IMG/VR virus record: IMGVR_UViG_2737471824_000004
Location: 1 to 30,523 of that record
Length of the DNA stretch: 30,523 bases
Direction: 5' to 3' (one strand)
Origin: a virus
Lineage: Duplodnaviria > Heunggongvirae > Uroviricota > Caudoviricetes
Shown piece by piece: positions 23,700-30,523 of this stretch. The position numbers and the translations under genes were made by a program. Each line of letters begins with the position of its first letter. Within the stretch, counting starts at the first letter, position 1. Below the pieces are notes generated by a model. The model was given only the letters and a program-made list of their open reading frames with translations, searched no databases and was not told where the DNA came from.

Positions 23700-23890
23700 G
23701 TGATCCGGCAGGCTACGGGGCGGCGACCTCGCGCGTTTTCACTATTTATGAAAATTTTTCGGGAAAAGCAGATCCGTTCTTCTTCTTTTTAACTAATTGA
23801 TTATCAATAGAATATTAAAAATATAAAAGGATCTGACAAAGGCTGTTTTTGTCCGAAAACGCCATTTTCAGATCCTTTCTGGTTTCCGGA
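23700..23890. other. lambda-like cos site (cosN cohesive-end sequence GGGCGGCGACCT at 23718..23729; cosB toward Nu1)
   Basis: ACGGGGCGGCGACCTCGCGCGTTTTCACTATTTATGAAAATTTT matches the lambda cos region as recalled, immediately upstream of Nu1. Confidence 0.65.
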
Positions 23891-23897
23891 TGAGTGT

Positions 23898-24446
23898 ATG
23901 AACGTCAATAAGAAAAAACTGGCCGATATTTTTGGCGTTGATGTCAGGACCATCACCGCCTGGCAGAGTCAGGGGTTACCACTAGTTTCTGGTGGAGGGA
24001 AAGGGACTGAATCAGTTTTTGATACAACTGCTGCCATTCAGTGGTATGCGCAGAGGGAAGCTGATATCGAAAATGAAAAGCTCCGGAAAGAGCTGGAAGA
24101 TTTGCGGGCGGCTGCAGAATCAGACTTACAACCGGGCACCATTGACTATGAGCGCTACCGGCTCACAAAAGCGCAGGCAGATGCGCAGGAACTGAAAAAT
24201 GCCCGTGAAGAAGGAATGGTTCTGGAAACTGAATTGTTTACCTTCATTCTGCAACGTGTGGCACAGGAAATTTCGGGGATACTTGTGCGTGTGCCATTGA
24301 CGTTACAGCGTAAATATCCAGACATTTCACCATCACATCTTGATGTGGTGAAAACTGAAATCGCGAAAGCCTCCAATGTTGCAGCTAAAGCCGGTAAAAA
24401 CGTGGGCGGGTGGATCGATGATTTCAGACGCACAGAAGGCAGCTAA
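23898..24446 (+). CDS. terminase small subunit Nu1 (182 aa)
   Basis: [23 protein letters not shown]...GGGKG closely resembles lambda gpNu1. Confidence 0.8.
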   Translation: MNVNKKKLADIFGVDVRTITAWQSQGLPLVSGGGKGTESVFDTTAAIQWYAQREADIENEKLRKELEDLRAAAESDLQPGTIDYERYRLTKAQADAQELKNAREEGMVLETELFTFILQRVAQEISGILVRVPLTLQRKYPDISPSHLDVVKTEIAKASNVAAKAGKNVGGWIDDFRRTEGS

Positions 24447-26346
24447 TGCAGCCGGTGCGATAGCTACAGGGCTTTTATCTCTCAATATTCCGGTTCCACT
24501 GACAACAGTTCAGTGGGCTGATCAACATTATTATCTGCCGAAAGAATCTTCATATACTCCCGGAAAATGGGAAACACTGCCGTTTCAGGTTGCCATTATG
24601 AACAGCATGGGAAATGACCGGATCCGCACCATTAATCTGATTAAATCGGCGCGCGTCGGTTATACCAAAATGCTGTTAGGGGTGGAGGCCTATTTTATTG
24701 AGCATAAATCCCGTAACAGTCTGCTTTTTCAGCCAACAGATTCTGCCGCCGAGGATTTCATGAAATCTCATGTCGAGCCAACAATAAGGGATGTTCCTGC
24801 ATTGTTGGATCTGGCTCCATGGTTCGGAAGAAAACACCGCGATAATACGCTCACCCTGAAGCGTTTTTCCTCCGGCGTGGGGCTCTGGTGTCTGGGGGGC
24901 GCGGCAGCAAAAAATTACCGTGAAAAATCTGTGGATGTGGTCTGTTATGACGAACTCTCCTCGTTTGAACCGGATGTGGAAAAAGAAGGTTCGCCAACAC
25001 TGCTTGGCGATAAACGTATTGAAGGTTCGGTATGGCCTAAATCCATACGCGGCTCGACGCCCAAAACCAAAGGCACCTGCCAGATCGAAAAAGCCGCTAA
25101 CGAGTCGGCGCATTTCATGCGGTTTTATGTTCCTTGTCCTCATTGTGGGGAGATCCAGTATCTGAAGTTTGGTGATGAATCCACGCCGTTTGGCCTGAAA
25201 TGGGAGAAGGGTAAACCGGAAACGGTGTATTACCTGTGTGAGCATAATGGCTGTGTGATCCGTCAGTCGGAACTTGACCAGACTGACGGGCGCTGGATTT
25301 GTGACAATACAGGAATGTGGACACGTGACGGCCTGGCATTTTACAGCGCGGGTGATGAGGAGATGCCGCCACCGCGATCCATCACTTTCCACATCTGGAC
25401 GGCCTATAGCCCGTTTACCACCTGGGTACAGATTGTCTATGACTGGCTGGATGCACTGAAAGATCCCAACGGCCTGAAAACCTTTGTGAACACCACGCTG
25501 GGCGAGACCTGGGAAGAGGCCGTGGGCGAAAAACTCGATCACCAGGTTCTGATGGATAAGGTCGTGCATTACACGGCGGCGGTACCTGACAGGGTGGTTT
25601 ATCTGACGGCGGGCATTGACTCGCAGCGAAACCGTTTTGAGATGTATGTCTGGGGATGGGCTCCGGGAGAGGAAGCCTTTCTGGTGGATAAAATCATCAT
25701 TATGGGGCGTCCTGATGAGGAAGAGACGCTGTTACGTGTGGATGCGGCGATCAACAAAAAATACCGCCATGCGGATGGCACCGAAATGACCATTTCCCGT
25801 GTCTGCTGGGACATAGGGGGGATCGATGGTGAAATTGTTTATCAGAGATCAAAAAAACACGGTGTTTTCCGGGTGCTGCCGGTAAAAGGCGCATCTGTCT
25901 ATGGCAAGCCGGTGATCACCATGCCAAAAACCCGCAATCAGCGGGGCGTGTATCTGTGTGAAGTGGGGACGGACACCGCAAAAGAAATTCTCTATGCCCG
26001 TATGAAAGCCGATCCCACGCCTGCGGATGAAGCCACGTCGTATGCCATCCGTTTTCCTGATGATCCGGAGATTTTTTCGCAGACAGAGGCGCAGCAACTG
26101 GTTGCGGAAGAGCTTGTGGAGAAGTGGGAAAAAGGAAAGATGCGTCTGCTGTGGGATAACAAAAAGCGGCGTAACGAAGCGCTGGACTGCCTGGTGTATG
26201 CCTACGCGGCATTACGTGTGTCCGTGCAGCGCTGGCAGCTCGATCTGGCTGTACTGGCAAAATCCCGGGAAGAAGAGACGACCCGGCCAACCCTTAAAGA
26301 ACTGGCAGCGAAGCTGTCCGGAGGAGTGAATGGTTACAGTCGCTGA
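24418..26346 (+). CDS. terminase large subunit A (642 aa)
   Basis: Extensive similarity to lambda gpA ([12 protein letters not shown]..., [33 protein letters not shown]); start overlaps the Nu1 end. Confidence 0.9.
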   Translation: MISDAQKAANAAGAIATGLLSLNIPVPLTTVQWADQHYYLPKESSYTPGKWETLPFQVAIMNSMGNDRIRTINLIKSARVGYTKMLLGVEAYFIEHKSRNSLLFQPTDSAAEDFMKSHVEPTIRDVPALLDLAPWFGRKHRDNTLTLKRFSSGVGLWCLGGAAAKNYREKSVDVVCYDELSSFEPDVEKEGSPTLLGDKRIEGSVWPKSIRGSTPKTKGTCQIEKAANESAHFMRFYVPCPHCGEIQYLKFGDESTPFGLKWEKGKPETVYYLCEHNGCVIRQSELDQTDGRWICDNTGMWTRDGLAFYSAGDEEMPPPRSITFHIWTAYSPFTTWVQIVYDWLDALKDPNGLKTFVNTTLGETWEEAVGEKLDHQVLMDKVVHYTAAVPDRVVYLTAGIDSQRNRFEMYVWGWAPGEEAFLVDKIIIMGRPDEEETLLRVDAAINKKYRHADGTEMTISRVCWDIGGIDGEIVYQRSKKHGVFRVLPVKGASVYGKPVITMPKTRNQRGVYLCEVGTDTAKEILYARMKADPTPADEATSYAIRFPDDPEIFSQTEAQQLVAEELVEKWEKGKMRLLWDNKKRRNEALDCLVYAYAALRVSVQRWQLDLAVLAKSREEETTRPTLKELAAKLSGGVNGYSR

Positions 26347-26536
26347 ATTGCAGGCGCTGCGTCAGGCGCGCCTTGATTTATTAACCGGTAAACGGGTGGT
26401 GTCTGTCCAGAAAGATGGTCGCAGAATTGAATATACGGCGGCTTCTCTGGATGAGCTTAACCGGGCGATCAATGATGCGGAGTCGGTACTGGGGACAACC
26501 CGACGTCGCCGTCGTCCGCTGGGAGTGAGGTTATGA
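26330..26536 (+). CDS. head-tail joining protein W (68 aa)
   Basis: LTGKRVVSVQKDGRRIEYTAASL resembles lambda gpW; GGAGG RBS. Confidence 0.75.
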   Translation: MVTVAELQALRQARLDLLTGKRVVSVQKDGRRIEYTAASLDELNRAINDAESVLGTTRRRRRPLGVRL

Positions 26537-27480
26537 AACTAACGCCTGTCCTGATTGATGTGAACGGCGTTCCGCTTCGTGAGAGTCTCAGCTACAACGG
26601 GGGCGGCGCAGGATTTGGCGGGCAAATGGCGGAGTGGTTGCCACCGGCGCAGAGTGCCGATGCGGCCCTGCTGCCCGCGTTGCGTCTGGGGAATGCCCGG
26701 GCAGATGATCTGGTGCGCAATAACGGAATAGCGGCTAATGCGGTGGCCCTGCATAAAGATCACATTGTCGGGCATATGTTTCTGATCAGCTACCGTCCGA
26801 ACTGGCGCTGGCTGGGGATGCGGGAGACTGCAGCCAAAAGCTTTGTCGATGAGGTGGAGGCGGCCTGGTCGGAATACGCCGAAGGGATGTTTGGCGAGAT
26901 CGACGTGGAAGGAAAACGCACCTTCACGGAATTTATCCGTGAAGGTGTGGGCGTTCATGCGTTTAACGGCGAAATATTTGTGCAGCCGGTCTGGGATACG
27001 GAAACCACGCAGTTATTCCGTACGCGTTTTAAAGCCGTGAGTCCGAAACGGGTGGACACGCCAGGACACGGTATGGGGAACCGTTTTCTGCGGGCCGGTG
27101 TGGAGGTCGATCGATATGGCCGTGCCGTTGCGTACCACATCTGTGAGGATGATTTTCCGTTCTCTGGTAGTGGAGGATGGGAACGGATCCCGCGTGAACT
27201 TCCCACCGGGCGTCCGGCCATGCTGCATATTTTCGAGCCGGTGGAGGACGGGCAGACCCGTGGGGCTAATCAGTTTTACAGCGTCATGGAGCGGCTGAAG
27301 ATGCTCGATTCCCTGCAGGTAACACAGCTTCAGTCGGCCATTGTGAAGGCCATGTATCCGCACCTGATACCAGCCGTCGCTCAGTTTCTGGCGAAACGCA
27401 GGGAGCTGTGTGGCCAGCGCCCGGATGGCTTCTGCCCCCGTTTTCACACGCAGGTCGATGCGGCGGCCAAATCGTTGTAA
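26533..27480 (+). pseudogene. portal protein B, 3'-truncated (homology ends near 27360)
   Basis: N-terminal about 276 aa resemble lambda gpB through ...SAIVKAMY; the following 39 codons are antisense to the I fragment; lambda B is far longer as recalled. Confidence 0.7.
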
Positions 27481-27546
27481 ATCCCCGTAAAGGCAGATGC
27501 GTGCCATGCCCGGTGACGCCAGACGGAGTGTGTGCGTCGCTGCCAT
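27357..27546 (-). pseudogene. tail assembly protein I, N-terminal fragment (about 64 codons), inverted
   Basis: MAATHTLRLASPGMARICLYGDLQRFGRRIDLRVKTGAEAIRALATQLPAFRQKLSDGWYQVRI resembles the lambda gpI N-terminus; homology stops at the junction with the portal remnant. Confidence 0.6.
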
Positions 27547-28187
27547 TTGTCGGTGTACCTCTCTCGTTTGCTCAGTTGTTCAGGAATATGGTGCAGCAGC
27601 TCGCCGTCACCACAGTAAATGGCGGCATGATTGGCAACAGGCGAGCCAAAACAACACAGCAGCACGTCGCCTGCCTGTGCCTCATGCGGTGAGACCCGGT
27701 AAAAACCCTGTGTTTCAAGGTTATCCAGATAGAGATTCTGACCGTGACACCACCAGTCATCCTCACGATGAAAATCAGGCAGCTCAATCCCCGCCAGATG
27801 GTACGCATCCCGGAACAGCGTGTAACAGTCCGTCACCCCGTGCTCAAAGCGCCGCCCGGTGAGATGCGGCACACAGCGGAACTTATGAATCGCCCCCCGG
27901 CAGACCAGCAACCACGGCAAATCACTCTGCACCTGCAGCCGCCGGTCAGCCTCACTCAGCCAGGGCAGACCACCGGGGTGGCTGTGGACCAGCGCCACAA
28001 TCTCACCCTGCATTTCTGCCTGCAGCCAGTCCTCCGGAGCCATCCGGAAATAATCCTCCGGCTCACCGGAAATATTCACGCAGGGAAAATATCTTTCCCC
28101 CACCGGCGTTCTCACCACGAAGCCGCACGACTCCGCTGGCGCACATCGCCGGGCGTGCGCCAGAATCGCTGATTCTGTCTCTGTCAT
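27444..28187 (-). CDS. tail tip assembly protein K-like (MPN/JAB plus NlpC/P60 domains, 247 aa)
   Basis: MTETESAILAHARRCAPAESCGFVV...HSHP...GVTDCYTLFRDAYHLAGIELPD resembles lambda gpK; apparently intact. Confidence 0.75.
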   Translation of the reverse strand: MTETESAILAHARRCAPAESCGFVVRTPVGERYFPCVNISGEPEDYFRMAPEDWLQAEMQGEIVALVHSHPGGLPWLSEADRRLQVQSDLPWLLVCRGAIHKFRCVPHLTGRRFEHGVTDCYTLFRDAYHLAGIELPDFHREDDWWCHGQNLYLDNLETQGFYRVSPHEAQAGDVLLCCFGSPVANHAAIYCGDGELLHHIPEQLSKRERYTDKWQRRTHSVWRHRAWHASAFTGIYNDLAAASTCV

Positions 28188-28192
28188 GGGAT

Positions 28193-28819
28193 TTACTGCG
28201 AAAGTTTGTTAATGGAAAGGTAGCCGCCAAAGTTACCGATGTTATTGCGAAACTTACAGCCGCTCAGGCATTTGCTGCATTTATCTTTCGTGATATCGGA
28301 CGTTGGCTGGTCATATTCATCCGCGACCGCCGGACCGTGATAACCGCACTCATCACCGCGATAGGTCCAGGTGCAGGTGTTGGCCAGCATGATGCGCCCC
28401 GGAAAAACGGCGCCATCCGTTTCCGTCGGTGTGGCCAGCACAAAGGAGGCACTCACCGCGCTCAGTTCGCTGCACTGCTCGATGCGCCAGCGGCTGACCA
28501 CCTCCTGCTCCGGGTCGGCGTCACTGTTTCCGTTGAAGAAGTTCACCGCATCCAGAAAACGGGCGTAAACCTTACGTCGGACCACCGTTCCGCCAACCAG
28601 ACTCTGCCAATCCTCCACCATCCCGGTGACCAGACCATACAGATTGGACACGCTCAGCACTGGTCTGGCGCTGGCCCCTTTGCCATTCAGTTCAAAACCG
28701 CTCCCCTGAATGGGGTATGCCTGATACTGCCGCCCCTGCCAGGTGACCGGTTCACCTTTTTCGTTCTGCTCATTACAGAAAAAATAACGTTCACCACCGA
28801 CCTCTGTCAGGTCGATTTC
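28193..28819 (-). pseudogene. minor tail protein L, 5'-truncated
   Basis: Homology to lambda gpL begins at ...EIDLTEVGGERYFFCNEQNEKGEPVTWQGRQYQ; the upstream in-frame stretch in the track ORF is antisense to a tail-fibre fragment. Confidence 0.7.
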
Positions 28820-28855
28820 CTGACGGCGCAGTGATACACCTGGTTCCTCGGACAG

Positions 28856-29539
28856 GTGCAGCAACTGGTCAGCCGGGCGGAAGACAGTGCCACGACAGCA
28901 GGTGAACATGAGCAGGGGGCACTGAAGGCACTGGAGGAAGCCAGGGAGATTGCAAAAACGCCAGGACCACAGGGAGAGCCGGGACCGCAGGGAGAAAAAG
29001 GTGAGAAAGGCGATAAAGGTGATACCGGTGCCCGGGGAGCCACCGGCCCTCAGGGGCCTCAGGGACCCATGGGTCCCAGCGGAGTTTACCCGGAAGACGG
29101 GATAAAGACTGCGAAAAAATTCACGGGCATTCTGGCTCATGGTTTTATGTATTCTGACCTTCAGTTTCCGTTGCTGAAATATAACCACTACCTTGCCTGT
29201 GAAGACCACCCCGTTCCGGGGGCCGTGGGGAATTATGCATATGGTCTGATGTGGCAGGTTCCGACGAATGAGAATGTTTCAGGTCAGATTTTCCTTAACT
29301 GTATGGGACAGGCATTCATCAGGGCTTACAGCGGACTGGGTACCACTCCGTGGTGGCAGTTCGCCGGTCGTCCGGTAGCCGGTGGAGTGGGGAGTTACCT
29401 GTTCTGTGCTTCTCAGGATGCGGTCAGTTACGGAGATGAACTGGCCGGAGAGCGGCTTGACCCGGTACAGTCAGGAATCTGGATGGCCTGCGGAAATGCA
29501 GAAGCTGAAGAGAAAATGCTTTTTCTGAGGGTGAAATAA
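28856..29539 (+). pseudogene. side tail-fibre C-terminal fragment with collagen-like Gly-X-Y repeats
   Basis: PGPQGEPGPQGEKGEKGDKGDTGARGATGPQGPQGPMGP then a tail-fibre C-terminal region; no credible start or N-terminal portion; abuts the inverted L remnant. Confidence 0.5.
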
Positions 29540-30150
29540 TGGATACCAGGAATTCAGAAGCGGACGTCCGCAATGCCCGTTTTAATGAAGATGGCAGCAT
29601 TACCTGTGAGGTGTTCATGGCAGACCGTTCTGATGACAGTCATCGGGTATATGTACCTTATACTGCCAGAGCTTCAGACCCGACAGAATTCGGGTTAAGG
29701 CTCTGGTCAGGACTGATATCAGGGGCCTGGGGTGGAGTCACGCCGTTTGTGGTGACAGAGGAGATACTGGAAAAGGCCAGAAATCAGAAATACGGTGAAA
29801 TCAGTCGCTGGCGTGACAGCCAGGAGAACAGCAGTTTTGTTTTTGAATTCAGTGGTCATCGCTGGGATGCCGGAAAGGCGTCACAGTCCAGACTGACACC
29901 TGTTGTTGCGGTGGCAGGAAACGGGCTGTTGCCGGAGCATTTTTTCTGGACGGATGCGGATAATCAGGATGTCACTCTGACGCCGGAAGAGCTGATACAA
30001 CTGGATACTGCGATGAATGCGGCAATGGTGATGCAGGGGTTTAAAATCCACGAACGCCAGCGCCGGATGAAAGAAGAAGTGGCAGGGCTGACCGCACTGC
30101 CGGATATTCGTGCGTATCCTGTTGGCTGGCCGGAGGGTGATGATGAGTAA
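29539..30150 (+). CDS. tail-fibre assembly protein (Tfa-like, 203 aa)
   Basis: Start overlaps the fibre-fragment stop (TAATG); position and C-terminal W-P-containing end typical of Tfa. Confidence 0.55.
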   Translation: MDTRNSEADVRNARFNEDGSITCEVFMADRSDDSHRVYVPYTARASDPTEFGLRLWSGLISGAWGGVTPFVVTEEILEKARNQKYGEISRWRDSQENSSFVFEFSGHRWDAGKASQSRLTPVVAVAGNGLLPEHFFWTDADNQDVTLTPEELIQLDTAMNAAMVMQGFKIHERQRRMKEEVAGLTALPDIRAYPVGWPEGDDE

Positions 30151-30523
30151 GTTCACCACACCGGCCATTCTGGAGATGCTGGATGATTACCGCTGGCGGC
30201 TGGTTGAGCCGTTTGAATTCTGGCTGACGGATAACCCGGATGATGTGATTTATGTTCCGGAGGGATATGTGACGGACCTTGCCAGTGTGCCCCGGCTTCT
30301 GTGGGCACTGTTCCCGCCGCATGGTCGTTATGCGAAAGCCGCGATTATTCATGACTGGCTGTATGACAATGCCCTGCGCACGAAGGCGGAAGCGGACAGG
30401 ATATTTCTGGATGCGATGACGGTGCTGGGAGTTCCACGCTGGCGCAGACGGTTGATGTATCTTGCGGTAAGGTTGTTCGGGAAAGGGAAATACAGCGACA
30501 CGCAACAGGGGACCTGTTGCTGA
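30140..30523 (+). CDS. hypothetical protein (DUF1353-like, 127 aa) downstream of tfa
   Basis: ATG 30140 with GGAGGGTGA RBS; stop at the window end; family assignment from memory, weak. Confidence 0.4.
   Translation: MMSKFTTPAILEMLDDYRWRLVEPFEFWLTDNPDDVIYVPEGYVTDLASVPRLLWALFPPHGRYAKAAIIHDWLYDNALRTKAEADRIFLDAMTVLGVPRWRRRLMYLAVRLFGKGKYSDTQQGTCC

Noticed and set aside
24676-25569. 297-aa minus-strand ORF
   Set aside because: Antisense to the well-supported terminase A gene; high-GC antisense artefact.
28193-29209. 338-aa version of the L ORF
   Set aside because: Only the C-terminal part (from about 28819) resembles gpL; the N-terminal part is antisense to the tail-fibre fragment, so it is a fused-frame artefact of a truncated gene.
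1-30523. CRISPR arrays, rRNA/tRNA genes, IS elements, integrase or attachment sites
   Set aside because: No spacer-repeat periodicity, no transposase- or integrase-like ORF and no tRNA-like structure was seen; the prophage ends are presumably outside the window.

Overview
About 30.5 kb of a mosaic, partly degraded lambdoid prophage of the Rac/Qin type, from an Escherichia-like enterobacterial genome. All calls are from reading the sequence and ORF track by eye and from memory of protein families; no database search was run. Left to right: a leftward early operon (RecE-like exonuclease, DicB-like gene, DicF sRNA, YdfA/B/C-like small genes); an immunity region with a short DicA-like repressor and Cro/YdaS-like gene around a divergent promoter-operator region; a rightward replication module (YdaT-like, O/YdaU-like with internal iterons, DnaC-like loader); a nin-like block of small genes with a hok-type locus, DUF968 protein, RusA and a Q antiterminator; a lysis cassette (S21-type holin, SAR endolysin, Rz/Rz1); a lambda-like cos site; terminase Nu1/A and W; then a scarred structural region (truncated portal B, inverted I'-K-L' tail genes, tail-fibre fragment, Tfa). 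No rRNA, tRNA, CRISPR array or transposase was seen. The strongest candidates for undescribed biology are: (1) two paralogous antirepressor cassettes (Rha-type and ORF6N-type), each with a homologous promoter-terminator-leader carrying a three-element stem system whose arms co-vary between copies; (2) a low-GC convergent gene pair inserted between holin and endolysin; (3) a terminator-insulated two-gene module (unknown 204-aa protein plus HTH-ImmA/IrrE peptidase fusion) beside hok; (4) a low-GC convergent pair beside DicF; (5) a ParE/RelE-type toxin-antitoxin pair in the lambda rexAB-equivalent slot.
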